Positions 9,847 through 19,254 of a stretch of 64,000 bases of DNA are shown one piece after another. Made by a program: the position numbers and the translations under genes. Origin of the DNA: Escherichia phage KIT01; sequence record AP019521.1; one strand, 5' to 3'. Position 1 is the first letter of the stretch; each line of letters starts with the position of its first letter. Under the pieces are notes generated by a model. The model worked only from the letters and a program-made list of their open reading frames with translations. It did no database searches and was not told the origin of the DNA.

Positions 9847-9955
9847 ATGTTAGTTACAACAAATAACCATTGAGCAGGATACTCAACACCCATAATACGT
9901 ACCACATCGTTCAGAGATTCGGCTAAAGCATAAAATGTGTAGCCATAAAAATTAA

Positions 9956-10429
9956 TCATTTAAGCGATTTCCTCAGTTGTTTTTTGAATGAATCCACCAT
10001 TTGTTTCTTAGTGGCAGATTCATTATAAGTCATTCCATGTGAAAGCATTTCAGCAATCATTTCTTCCTTACCCAACCTGCTGAACTCTTTGGTTTTATCA
10101 GGAACGAAATTAGGATGAATATTGTTTTCAGTATAATCAGCTTTCAGATAGACCAGCAAATTCTCTAACCATTCGAGGTAGTCAACGTTTTGACCTTTAA
10201 GACCAGAACGGTTGAACTTATGCTTCATTTGTCCTTCTGCAGCATTGCACAGGTTACATAGTAAACCACGAACCTTACCGGCTTTTGGCCCGTTCAATTC
10301 ATGGTCGTGGTCAAGGTGGTTACTTTGAACATCAGGGTTTAATTCACGTTTACAAATCAAACACTTACCACATTGTACATCATAAAGTTTTTGTTTTTCT
10401 TCTTTGTATAATTTGCCGGTCAACAACAT
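9956..10429 (-). CDS. 49: endonuclease VII (Holliday junction resolvase) gp49
   Basis: 157 aa; MLLTGKLYKEEKQK...HLDHDHELNGPKAGKVRGLLCNLCN nearly identical in pattern to T4 endo VII. Confidence 0.9.
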   Translation of the reverse strand: MLLTGKLYKEEKQKLYDVQCGKCLICKRELNPDVQSNHLDHDHELNGPKAGKVRGLLCNLCNAAEGQMKHKFNRSGLKGQNVDYLEWLENLLVYLKADYTENNIHPNFVPDKTKEFSRLGKEEMIAEMLSHGMTYNESATKKQMVDSFKKQLRKSLK

Positions 10430-10464
10430 AATAAACCCTTACCATTATTAGATAAGGGTATTTA

Positions 10465-10650
10465 TTATTTTTCAAATGTACTATAAAACGAGCGATGCAA
10501 CCGTTTAAATTGACGAATCATCTTTTTAGTAGGACGGGTGTATAATCCTACACAAGTGGCCATAAACTGGTCAGTTGGACTTCCTTTGATAAGAAGTTTC
10601 CAGACCTTGTCACCGTTTAACTTTTCGGTATAGACTAATACAGTTTTCAT
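10465..10650 (-). CDS. hypothetical protein
   Basis: 61-aa ORF. Confidence 0.35.
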   Translation of the reverse strand: MKTVLVYTEKLNGDKVWKLLIKGSPTDQFMATCVGLYTRPTKKMIRQFKRLHRSFYSTFEK

Positions 10651-10949
10651 GCGACCTCAAATTCATTATCATCGTTAGTCCAAAAACACCAGAATGCAGA
10701 TTTGGTGCCTTCATACATTTCTTTGGTGTATTCATATACCTTACCATTGAACTCAATAGCAGTCACACCAATGATTTCAGGATTACCCCAGGGAGAAATC
10801 TCCACCTTCAAGATTTTAACTTCAGCACCTTCACAGAGCTTACCGGATTCAAAGCCGCGATTGCCGTTTAATTCAGGCCAGTCAACATAATGGTCAACGG
10901 TTTCTTCAGTAATACGAACAGTTTTACCTTCAAATTCAAATAAATTCAT
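10647..10949 (-). CDS. hypothetical protein
   Basis: 100-aa ORF. Confidence 0.45.
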   Translation of the reverse strand: MNLFEFEGKTVRITEETVDHYVDWPELNGNRGFESGKLCEGAEVKILKVEISPWGNPEIIGVTAIEFNGKVYEYTKEMYEGTKSAFWCFWTNDDNEFEVA

Positions 10950-11238
10950 CAGAATACCTCATCAGAAAAGCGAAGTTGAGCTTCAAGCCAATGGATATAG
11001 TCAGCGGCAGCTTTAATCAAATCGGATTCTAGGTCAGGTAAAGAACCTGAATCCGACAACTCGTAAAGCGAATGTTCAATCAGACGGCCCTTATGACGGC
11101 CAACTTCAATTTTGGTACTCATATCCAAACTCCATATCGATTAAATCATTGTTTGAAGGTTCATTATACTCTATTTCGGAATCATTGTAAACCGGTTCCT
11201 CTGGCTCGGTAGTTTCCCACCGAGCGACATACCATGGC

Positions 11239-11547
11239 TTAACGGTCACACCACCAACTCGATACTTCAAAATCGGGTTCGCCGTGTTCCCAGTACCAAG
11301 GGCCGACTGGGTGCCAATCACCGTGTTCATCTTCTTCAAATTCTTCGGATTCAAGCCCAACGTATTGCCATTGAACTTCATAAGCGGTGCCACCTATTAC
11401 AACGGTGTTCTCGCCATATGGGTGAGCTACAGCAAAGTCTATACCTTCTGCTTTAGCCAGCCAAACCATATATTCATATAGTTTATATTCCAGGTCATCT
11501 TCGGTACCATCACCTAGAAAAATGGTTTGTTCGTTTAATTCAATCAT
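11239..11547 (-). CDS. hypothetical acidic protein
   Basis: 102 aa; ATG at 11547 preceded by GGTGGAG; ATGA coupling to upstream gene. Confidence 0.45.
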   Translation of the reverse strand: MIELNEQTIFLGDGTEDDLEYKLYEYMVWLAKAEGIDFAVAHPYGENTVVIGGTAYEVQWQYVGLESEEFEEDEHGDWHPVGPWYWEHGEPDFEVSSWWCDR

Positions 11548-11732
11548 AACTCCACCATAAATTCAAATAGCTGGTCACGTACACAGGTATCAGTCCAACC
11601 CCATTCGTTGGCTTCTTCTTTTAACCAATCAGGGAGACTTGCCAATACGGTTTCTTTACTAGGGGCAGGAGTATAAAACTCACTTGCAAAATCTCTTGCG
11701 CAGGTTTCATAAGCCGTATCAAATTCAGTCAT
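11544..11732 (-). CDS. hypothetical protein
   Basis: 62-aa ORF. Confidence 0.45.
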   Translation of the reverse strand: MTEFDTAYETCARDFASEFYTPAPSKETVLASLPDWLKEEANEWGWTDTCVRDQLFEFMVEL

Positions 11733-11892
11733 TTAAAGTTCCAGAATGAAGCACCAACCAGAAATAAAGGCCAACAAATCATAGACGTCAGCCACCAACA
11801 AAAGTCACCTATACCAGAATCATCTAATTTAGCTAGGGTCTTAGCATAACCAATACCGATGATAAGATACAAAATACCCAACAATAATTCAA

Positions 11893-12156
11893 TCATTTGA
11901 AGTATGCTCGCAGTTGGTCAAAGCCGCCAATATGACTTCCATCCGGAGCAAATACTTGAGGCATAGTCAAACCCACCTGAGATTCACGTCCAAGGGCAGC
12001 CAGGAGTTCGGCAATCTTCTCATCATCAAATACACCTTTTTCCGGCATCACGTTAATGAATTCGTAAGGTTGTTTCTTAACATCAAGCAGACGTTTGGCA
12101 TTATCACAGAAAACACAACGGTGAATATTTGAATCATAACCATAAACTTTAAACAT
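11893..12156 (-). CDS. nrdC: thioredoxin/glutaredoxin NrdC
   Basis: 87 aa; MFKVYGYDSNIHRCVFCDNAKRLL...GLTMPQVFAPDGSHIGGFDQL matches T4 NrdC. Confidence 0.85.
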   Translation of the reverse strand: MFKVYGYDSNIHRCVFCDNAKRLLDVKKQPYEFINVMPEKGVFDDEKIAELLAALGRESQVGLTMPQVFAPDGSHIGGFDQLRAYFK

Positions 12157-12157
12157 T

Positions 12158-12394
12158 TTAAATTCCTAATATTTGTTTGAATGCTTCAGAACGGTCGAGT
12201 TCTGTTCCATATTTTTCCATGTGCTCATATTTTAAATTATACACATCAGATAGTATATTATTATACGAACGAGTTAAAGCAGATTTTAAAACTGAATAAC
12301 TGTCTGGGAATTTACCATGCTCTTTATAATAAGCTAGGGTAAGTTCGCGGACTGCCTTATCGGCAGCCTCTACATATTCTTTACGCTTTGCCAT
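12158..12394 (-). CDS. hypothetical protein
   Basis: ATG at 12394 (MAKRKEY...); track ORF 12158..12508 overlaps upstream gene. Confidence 0.4.
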   Translation of the reverse strand: MAKRKEYVEAADKAVRELTLAYYKEHGKFPDSYSVLKSALTRSYNNILSDVYNLKYEHMEKYGTELDRSEAFKQILGI

Positions 12395-12689
12395 TTTCGT
12401 CTCGCTCAAATCGGTGTTTGCAATGGCGGCATTTGTAACGAAGATTACTAGTCTGCCAATGGACCAATTGGACCTGTTCTGTACCGCACTCAGGACAGTT
12501 AGGAACATTCTTAGAAGATTGTTCTCGTCGTGCGACCATAGCCATTACGGCATCCCAATTAACAGGGCTATAATCATCACAGCCATGAATCTTACCAACC
12601 AATTCAGCTTCAACATCCTCGGCTTTAATAAATTTCAATAAACCGGTATTAGATGCCGAAGCAATATCTTCAGCTAAACGTTGTTTCAT
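12381..12689 (-). CDS. zinc-ribbon protein
   Basis: 102 aa with CPECG...CRHCKH Cys pairs. Confidence 0.45.
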   Translation of the reverse strand: MKQRLAEDIASASNTGLLKFIKAEDVEAELVGKIHGCDDYSPVNWDAVMAMVARREQSSKNVPNCPECGTEQVQLVHWQTSNLRYKCRHCKHRFERDENGKA

Positions 12690-13696
12690 TTCAGCAGCTC
12701 CAGAGCCTGTTCAAGACGGTCTAAACGATTGGTAGACTCTTCCCAAAGTTTCTTGGCAGCAGTATATTGCCCGGTCAGTTTTTTGTTGATAGCAAGGGCA
12801 TCTTTATACGCTTTTTCTAAGGCAACGACTTCTGGTAACTTGGATTTAGTAATTGGTGTAGGGGCCATGATAGGGCTGTTCAAGTCGTTAATCAAGTCTT
12901 CTAATGTAGCAGGCTCTTTATCAGTGTTCACAATTTCCTCACATTTTTCTTGGTAAATTTCAGCATCAGTTTTTGGAACGGTATATTTGATTTCACGGAC
13001 TGTTACTAAAACTTCATATCCTTTCCAGCCTAAGTGGTGTTTAACTTCTTGGGTCTCATATTTCTCTACGGTATCCATCAGAGCTAAAGCTTGTTCGATA
13101 GTATTCAAGGTATCGTAAGCAATATCTTGATACTTTACAACTTCCGCATCATCTTTAGGTTTCCTATTAGGTGACCAAATAACAGAAATAATAGCTTTTC
13201 CTTTATAACTATTTGTTTTAATCATGCAATTAGCCAGCGGGTGAATAGTACGACAATCACCGGAAACTATAGTTTTAGAGGCCGCTTTGAGAATTAATGC
13301 AGAGTTAGCCTTGAATTCGCTAACCCAACGTTGCGGAAATAAACTACTAGGGTCCATACCTTTAATTTTGACATAATCTTTTATGGTATCACCAAACCAT
13401 TTGTAGCTAACAACATGGCTAGAACCCGGATATTTCTCTTTACCGAACTCAGAAAGGATGTCCTTATTGACCAGACGCGAAAGAAGTCGAGAACCTTTAA
13501 ATGTATCTACGATATCAGAAATAAACAAACGGCCTGCGATCTTTTCGATTTCAGCTTTGAAACAGCGCGATAATGCATCATCAATTTGGTCGACCCATTT
13601 ATTGATATTAGAAACTATTACCACATATGGGGTTAATGGAGGGGTGTTGGCAGTGATATACGTAGTAAAGGCATTGATGTATTCAGTACGAGTCAT
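12686..13696 (-). CDS. hypothetical protein with C-terminal coiled coil
   Basis: 336 aa; GAGGAGAA RBS; C-terminal [13 protein letters not shown]. Confidence 0.55.
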   Translation of the reverse strand: MTRTEYINAFTTYITANTPPLTPYVVIVSNINKWVDQIDDALSRCFKAEIEKIAGRLFISDIVDTFKGSRLLSRLVNKDILSEFGKEKYPGSSHVVSYKWFGDTIKDYVKIKGMDPSSLFPQRWVSEFKANSALILKAASKTIVSGDCRTIHPLANCMIKTNSYKGKAIISVIWSPNRKPKDDAEVVKYQDIAYDTLNTIEQALALMDTVEKYETQEVKHHLGWKGYEVLVTVREIKYTVPKTDAEIYQEKCEEIVNTDKEPATLEDLINDLNSPIMAPTPITKSKLPEVVALEKAYKDALAINKKLTGQYTAAKKLWEESTNRLDRLEQALELLK

Positions 13697-13723
13697 GATA
13701 TTCTCCTCAAGTTGATAGAAAGA

Positions 13724-13752
13724 TTATACTCCATCCATCCTTGGATGTAAAC
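13724..13752 (-). promoter_or_regulatory. early sigma70-type promoter
   Basis: GTTTAC(13747-13752)-17 nt-GTATAA(13724-13729) upstream of 12686..13696. Confidence 0.5.
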
Positions 13753-13753
13753 A

Positions 13754-14659
13754 TTATTTTAGAGCTAATACTGCCGCGCGGAGCTTGTCACGCTGGAGTT
13801 CCATGTTCTTGATGCGAATCAATACGTCTTGGATACTCTTTTTCTCATCTTCGATTTGACCGTTTAAACGGTGGATTGATTCCTGGAGGTGGTCCTCATG
13901 ATACTTCTCGATAGGTTTCATCGTAGGGTTAGTAACAACCAAAGAATTATCAGGTTTAATTTTCCAATGATACGGTTCGGAATTGAATGGGCTTGGTACA
14001 GCCGTGGTTTTGAATTTGTCATAGGCTGCATACTGGCCTACGCTATCACATGATACGGCAGAGGTAGAGATAGATATACGACGTTCCATTTGTGCGTCCT
14101 TTTGTTGGGATTGATAAGGGGCATAAGACAAAAGATATTCACTAGTTAGTTTAACGTTGATATACACTGCATCAGCCCGTCCAGAACAATCAGCGTATTC
14201 ATCGGTTGTAACTTTATATGATTCTACAGCCTTAATACGGGTCATTGCTTCCCTGAATAAGGTTTCAAATGCTTCACGAAGAGCCTTATTACCTTTTGAG
14301 GTAGGACGGAAACGAACTTGAATGCCGTCATTCAGAATATTAATGACTAGGTTACGAGCCGTAAAATTAATATTTTTGATATTGACAGGAACCGTAGAAA
14401 TACGTCCTGCGGTAGCCAAGAGGTCTTTGATATTAGCTCGCAATGTTGCACCGAACAGGTGGGCCGGGCAACGGCAATAATCGTTCAAAGAACCAATATA
14501 AGTTCCTTTACGGCCTACACCATAAGTATAATTACCATTACAAATATGGCCAAAGTCTGCCAGCCGATCGATAGCGATACGACGAGTCGTGTCATGGTCA
14601 TAGATGGAATATTCTTTACGTGTTTTAATGTTCATATCAGAGTCCAAATAATTTTTCAT
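13754..14659 (-). CDS. hypothetical protein with C-terminal coiled coil
   Basis: 301 aa; C-terminal LQRDKLRAAVLALK; start uncertain (ATG 14659 or 14635). Confidence 0.5.
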   Translation of the reverse strand: MKNYLDSDMNIKTRKEYSIYDHDTTRRIAIDRLADFGHICNGNYTYGVGRKGTYIGSLNDYCRCPAHLFGATLRANIKDLLATAGRISTVPVNIKNINFTARNLVINILNDGIQVRFRPTSKGNKALREAFETLFREAMTRIKAVESYKVTTDEYADCSGRADAVYINVKLTSEYLLSYAPYQSQQKDAQMERRISISTSAVSCDSVGQYAAYDKFKTTAVPSPFNSEPYHWKIKPDNSLVVTNPTMKPIEKYHEDHLQESIHRLNGQIEDEKKSIQDVLIRIKNMELQRDKLRAAVLALK

Positions 14660-14852
14660 AGAATTTAGCGATAGGCCACAGAATTAGCATACATAACCAA
14701 GCAAAGCAAAATACTGGCCATACAAATGTAATGAATACTGCATCATAGCTTGATTCAATTTTAACCGGGTTCCATGCGCCTGTTTTATGCGCAATCAAAG
14801 CAGTAATAAATCCTATCACAAGATATCCAAGAATAAAACTAATAATTTCCAT
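14637..14852 (-). CDS. small membrane protein
   Basis: 71 aa, two hydrophobic helices. Confidence 0.45.
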   Translation of the reverse strand: MEIISFILGYLVIGFITALIAHKTGAWNPVKIESSYDAVFITFVWPVFCFAWLCMLILWPIAKFYEKLFGL

Positions 14853-14854
14853 GA

Positions 14855-15697
14855 TTAATCCTTAAGAAGATTTAGGATATCGATATATTTTTGTCGTTCA
14901 GCCTTAGCTTTAGCGTTCAGACTAGAGAGTCGGAAAATCTCATCATCTTGTTGCTGAATTGTAACATTCAAGCAAGTAAGCAAATTGCTAAAATACTCGA
15001 TTTGAGATTGATGCTTCTCATTGCTGCGCACTGGTACAGGTTCCGGTTTAGGAGCTTCTGGGTGCTCTTCAGCCAGGTCTTTAATTTTATAAAGTTTAAT
15101 ACGCTGACCCGCGCCAGTTTCGGCATCACCAAAACTAAGAACACCGTGCTGTTCTAATTCAGACAAGGCCAGTCGGAGATGGAACTTCCAGTTGTCGTAT
15201 TGACAACCACTGTAATGGGAAATGGTATACTCATTTTCATTTCTGGGGTGGTTAACAATACTAAAGATAATCCAATCACCTGAACCATTGGTCTTAAAGG
15301 TCATTTGTTTATCAAGACCTTTTGCAAGGCGAGCGCCAAGAGCCAGTAGACGTCGTTGGTTGGCATGAAGGTCTTGAACAACTTCGTCAAATGACATCGC
15401 CGGGATTAAACGACCATAAAGGTCGTAGCCTTTGTTATAATTTTTAAGAATAATTTTGGCATTAGCACGAGACAACATACCTGTTTTACGAAGAGTTTTC
15501 ATGACCCGGTCTTCTAAGGTAAAAGACCCTTTGGTCTTGTCAAAGATTTTAGTGAAGTCATCTTTAACAGTACAAACATTGAACTTGTCCCACATCATAT
15601 ATAGAACCTTTTCAACCACTTCTTTAGTACTCGGAATACGACCAAATTTAATAACTTTTTTAACTTCAGAACGAATTTGATTAATTGCCTGTGACAT
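14855..15697 (-). CDS. hypothetical protein with C-terminal coiled coil
   Basis: 280 aa; C-terminal RQKYIDILNLLKD. Confidence 0.5.
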   Translation of the reverse strand: MSQAINQIRSEVKKVIKFGRIPSTKEVVEKVLYMMWDKFNVCTVKDDFTKIFDKTKGSFTLEDRVMKTLRKTGMLSRANAKIILKNYNKGYDLYGRLIPAMSFDEVVQDLHANQRRLLALGARLAKGLDKQMTFKTNGSGDWIIFSIVNHPRNENEYTISHYSGCQYDNWKFHLRLALSELEQHGVLSFGDAETGAGQRIKLYKIKDLAEEHPEAPKPEPVPVRSNEKHQSQIEYFSNLLTCLNVTIQQQDDEIFRLSSLNAKAKAERQKYIDILNLLKD

Positions 15698-15763
15698 AAT
15701 AATAATTTCCTCAGTAAGTAATTAAGAACCTAGAACCATTATACCATCCTTGGTATAAAGCGT

Positions 15764-16288
15764 TTATGCGAGAACCGTCTTTAAACGCTCTTCAAATTTC
15801 TGAAGCAGAGCTTGGCGTTCAGCTCGTTGTGATTTGTACTGCTCGATACGACCTGAAGTGAGGGCGTACTGTTCGTTTACTGATTCCCGCATGAATTCAG
15901 GAATCTCTTTACAAGCTTTGATTTCGTCAAACTTATCAATAACAGCTTGTTGTTCAGCAATCAGATTATCGAAATAAGCGATATCAGATTTAACGTTTGC
16001 CAGGTCGGATTCGGTAGGCATTAAACGTTTGTTACGTTCAGCTTGATAAGCCTGATTGGTTTCACGACTCCAGTGAAGAGTACGTTTTTTGTTAGTGTTT
16101 TTATAGAGCTCTACAATACCAACTGAATCGATGACTGCAATCCAGTTCCAACGGCTTTTGTAAATCTCTCCTCCGGATACGGTAATCTCATTACCACAAG
16201 CAACATCGTTAAAGAACTTGCTTTGTTTTTCAGATTTGAAATTACCGTTGTTGAAATTAATCAGTGAAAAAATATCTTTAGCGTTCAT
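15764..16288 (-). CDS. hypothetical protein with C-terminal coiled coil
   Basis: 174 aa; GGAGG RBS; C-terminal RQALLQKFEERLKTVLA. Confidence 0.5.
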   Translation of the reverse strand: MNAKDIFSLINFNNGNFKSEKQSKFFNDVACGNEITVSGGEIYKSRWNWIAVIDSVGIVELYKNTNKKRTLHWSRETNQAYQAERNKRLMPTESDLANVKSDIAYFDNLIAEQQAVIDKFDEIKACKEIPEFMRESVNEQYALTSGRIEQYKSQRAERQALLQKFEERLKTVLA

Positions 16289-16294
16289 GATAAC

Positions 16295-16343
16295 CTCCAG
16301 TAGTTGATAGGTCTATAGTATCATTTCTACTGGAGATGTAAAC
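16295..16343 (-). promoter_or_regulatory. early promoter with SD-pairing inverted repeat (PeSL-like)
   Basis: GTTTAC(16338-16343)-17 nt-TACTAT(16315-16320); arms CTCCAGTAG(16295-16303)/CTACTGGAG(16327-16335). Confidence 0.55.
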
Positions 16344-16345
16344 AA

Positions 16346-16687
16346 CTAATAGAAACTTTTTTCACCTGATTGTCCACTAAACCATGCGGATTGGGTATTC
16401 TCTTTCCGTTGGTGTTCGATACGAATGCGATATTCATTCCTGATGGCGCAGAGTTCACCTCGGAAGTCGCCTACCAACTTTACCTGCTTATGGTCTAGAT
16501 TTATTAAGGCTTGGGTCTTCGCTGCCAAGAGCAGTCTCCTGTAGTCTCCTTCTTCACAATCAGTTTTATAAACTCTATTAGTATATCCGTCGACAACTTC
16601 TTTATCATAGTCCTCGACAGACTGTTTCATGGCTTTAGAAAAAGTCTGACCTGCGTTAAAAAGATTGTAAATAAATTGTTCAAACAT
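16346..16687 (-). CDS. hypothetical protein
   Basis: 113-aa ORF. Confidence 0.45.
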   Translation of the reverse strand: MFEQFIYNLFNAGQTFSKAMKQSVEDYDKEVVDGYTNRVYKTDCEEGDYRRLLLAAKTQALINLDHKQVKLVGDFRGELCAIRNEYRIRIEHQRKENTQSAWFSGQSGEKSFY

Positions 16688-16696
16688 AATTCACCT

Positions 16697-17677
16697 TTAT
16701 TTCAGAAGGGTAACTTCAGCGATTTCGCTCCAGTCATTTTTATCGGTGGCAATGAAGTCCGCCAGATAAAGAGCTGTACGTAATGATACGTTACGAAGAC
16801 GAGATACATTAGCCTTCATCCATGCTAAAGCTTGATAAGTCTCAGCATCAGTCAGACCTCGATTTTGCATCATATCAGTGGACAGGATAACGTCTTCAAC
16901 ACGAACCATAATCTCTTCGTTAGAGTGAACTCCGAGGTCTAAGTAAACTGAACGAGATACTAAAGCCTGGAGGTGTGGAGCAAGTTTAGTTCCACGCTCT
17001 AATTCACGGTCGATATCAACGTTGGTGATGAACACGATGGTGCCTTCGTATTCAAATTCTTTATCGATATTTTTATCATCGAGGTAAGAACTTGAAGTGC
17101 TCCAGCACACCTTACGTTTTTCACCTGTATCCAATGCCGCTTTTAACAGGTTCAGGATATCCATATCAGAGAATACATCAACATCATCAATAAGAAGAAC
17201 ACTATTAGGGCCGCGGTTATTCCAAAGCTGCTCGTAAAGACCGATTCCACTAATCTTTCCGTTGATTGATTTATATTCGATAGTTTCATTTTCGTGGGCA
17301 TTTTGTAATGCTTTATCCAAAGAATACGTTTTACCAATACCTGCGGCACCAGAGATGATAAGGGAACGAATTTTACCATCGATGATTCCGTTGGTCATCA
17401 TGTTCATTACTTTAAAACGTTTGTTAATGCGATGTTTCATTTCTTCAGCGGATTCAGTAACCATTGCAGGAGCTTCAGCACCTTCCATTTCAACGTCACA
17501 TTTGAACACCCATACACCACGTTCAACACCATCAATCTGTACGAATACCTTGCCATCACCGAGGTGAGCTTCGGATTCATGAATTTTGTTAGGGAACCAG
17601 GTTTTACCTGAACTCATGAACGTACCAGAGATTTCATTACCGCGATAGATGCCTTTGTTGATTTTGATAGTTAACAT
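16697..17677 (-). CDS. AAA+ ATPase of unknown function
   Basis: Walker A ISGAAGIGKTYSL, Walker B VLLIDDVD, sensor FITNVD; ATG at 17677 after GGAGAA (track ORF starts further upstream). Confidence 0.65.
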   Translation of the reverse strand: MLTIKINKGIYRGNEISGTFMSSGKTWFPNKIHESEAHLGDGKVFVQIDGVERGVWVFKCDVEMEGAEAPAMVTESAEEMKHRINKRFKVMNMMTNGIIDGKIRSLIISGAAGIGKTYSLDKALQNAHENETIEYKSINGKISGIGLYEQLWNNRGPNSVLLIDDVDVFSDMDILNLLKAALDTGEKRKVCWSTSSSYLDDKNIDKEFEYEGTIVFITNVDIDRELERGTKLAPHLQALVSRSVYLDLGVHSNEEIMVRVEDVILSTDMMQNRGLTDAETYQALAWMKANVSRLRNVSLRTALYLADFIATDKNDWSEIAEVTLLK

Positions 17678-17714
17678 TATATTCTCCATTTCACTCAGTA
17701 GATTTGATAGGTCC

Positions 17715-17743
17715 ATAATAACATGCTCTACGAGAGTGTAAAC
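17715..17743 (-). promoter_or_regulatory. early sigma70-type promoter
   Basis: GTTTAC(17738-17743)-17 nt-TATTAT(17715-17720) upstream of the AAA+ ATPase gene. Confidence 0.5.
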
Positions 17744-17762
17744 TCTTTTTTGCACTAAACCC

Positions 17763-17784
17763 AAAAAGGCCCGAAGGCCTTTTA
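17763..17784 (-). terminator. rho-independent terminator (structurally bidirectional)
   Basis: AAAGGCC-CGAA-GGCCTTT hairpin flanked by A/T runs immediately after the nucleotidyltransferase stop. Confidence 0.55.
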
Positions 17785-18795
17785 TCATTTATAATACGAG
17801 TTGTGGTTGTCGAGGTATACCTCTTCAACGAACTTGTCCCAGAACTTCATGTCTACCTTCTCAGGCATACCGTTCTTAGCGGCCCAGATAGCATTAGTTT
17901 CGACTTCATCAACGATGGCTTCAAGTTCGGCCTGCACATCTTTAAAAGCATGAAGCCCTTGTTTGATTTCAAGGATAAACGGTGCCGTACGTAAAGGATA
18001 TTGGAGGTCACCTGTTTGATAGATTTCCTTCAACTGATAACCAGCACGATAAGCATGGCTCAGAGCTTTCCAGTCAATACCTTCGTTAGCTTCAGCCTTA
18101 CGAGCACGTTCACCATATTCCGCATCGAGCTTATTCAGAGATTGCTTGAGCTCGATTAATGACAGGGTGGTTTGGTATTTACGCCCGAGAACAGTATAGA
18201 ACGTTTGAGGGCCTGTTTTCTCATGGTTATGGAATACCCATTCACAGAATTCGTTTTCAGGGAGTCGATGTTTGATATCTTCTACCTTAGTACGACGTTG
18301 CTTAGTCGAACCATCTTCTTGATAATCGACCCACTGTTCAGGAATCTGGTTAACAATAGCCAGTACACCACGCAGAGCAGCCAGTCGAGAACCCTTAACA
18401 CCATATTTAGAAGCTTGCTTACGGACATACCCTAAATAGGCTTTCATGTTAGTTGTATAGAACCGAGAACGGTTATCTTGGATAAATTTCCATACATCAG
18501 GTAAATCAGATTTAACCACCAGTTCAGGTGGGGTGTGGAGCATATCCAGAGCAACGGTTTCGCCTTCAGCCGCTAGTTTAAAGAAATATTTCAGGCTGTA
18601 AAGCTCATGGTCAACATCATCTTTAGTGTTTTTGGAAGCAGTGTTATTCGTATTCAGGTTGGTATGGTTCATAGCCGTACCTAACAGAATATCACGCGGA
18701 TGTGGAACAAAGATTTCTTTAAAATCGACATCAGATTCCGGAGTACTTGTTCCATAAAGGTGGCTACCGAAGTAGCCTTTCATAACTGTTCTCAT
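17785..18795 (-). CDS. Pol-beta-superfamily nucleotidyltransferase of unknown specificity
   Basis: N-terminal GSHLYGTSTPESDVDF (GS-x9-DxD) motif; ATG at 18795 overlaps upstream stop (ATGA); track ORF begins at GTG 18825. Confidence 0.6.
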   Translation of the reverse strand: MRTVMKGYFGSHLYGTSTPESDVDFKEIFVPHPRDILLGTAMNHTNLNTNNTASKNTKDDVDHELYSLKYFFKLAAEGETVALDMLHTPPELVVKSDLPDVWKFIQDNRSRFYTTNMKAYLGYVRKQASKYGVKGSRLAALRGVLAIVNQIPEQWVDYQEDGSTKQRRTKVEDIKHRLPENEFCEWVFHNHEKTGPQTFYTVLGRKYQTTLSLIELKQSLNKLDAEYGERARKAEANEGIDWKALSHAYRAGYQLKEIYQTGDLQYPLRTAPFILEIKQGLHAFKDVQAELEAIVDEVETNAIWAAKNGMPEKVDMKFWDKFVEEVYLDNHNSYYK

Positions 18796-19244
18796 TCTTT
18801 GTTCTCGAAGTGGATTACAGGACACATCTTAGATTTACGAGCTTTAATGTATTGAATAACGATATTTTCTTTAGTTTCTCGGCCTTCACGCTCAGCTTGA
18901 ATACGTTGCCATTCCTTTTCTTCTCTACGGGCATCATACCATGCGTGTAAATTCATCGCACCGAATGCCAAACCAATGGATAGCGCAATAATAAGAGCTA
19001 TTGCAACCAACCCTAAAACAAACCCAAGGCTCAACAGAACAGGAGTACTTAATACAAAGAAATGCTCTAATACGCCAGCGCCCGCGACAGTTAATCCAAA
19101 AAGCGTACTACCTGCAACAACAGCACAAGCAAAACAAGCCCAAATCATTTTCCAGAAATAAGCGCACAGAGAGTGTGGTCGAGAATGACGGTCGTAAAAA
19201 CGGTCATGTAGTTTAACGTGCCAAGAGTTCGCATTGATAATCAT
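18792..19244 (-). CDS. membrane protein
   Basis: 150 aa; AAGGAAA RBS; two long hydrophobic helices. Confidence 0.5.
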   Translation of the reverse strand: MIINANSWHVKLHDRFYDRHSRPHSLCAYFWKMIWACFACAVVAGSTLFGLTVAGAGVLEHFFVLSTPVLLSLGFVLGLVAIALIIALSIGLAFGAMNLHAWYDARREEKEWQRIQAEREGRETKENIVIQYIKARKSKMCPVIHFENKE

Positions 19245-19254
19245 AATATTTTCC

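Noticed and set aside
11106-11393. ORF 11106..11393 overlapping 11239..11547 out of frame
   Set aside because: Its ATG-containing part lies entirely within the better-supported upstream gene (good RBS, ATGA coupling). The non-overlapping tail has no in-frame ATG. It could be a short GTG-start peptide, but this is not supportable.
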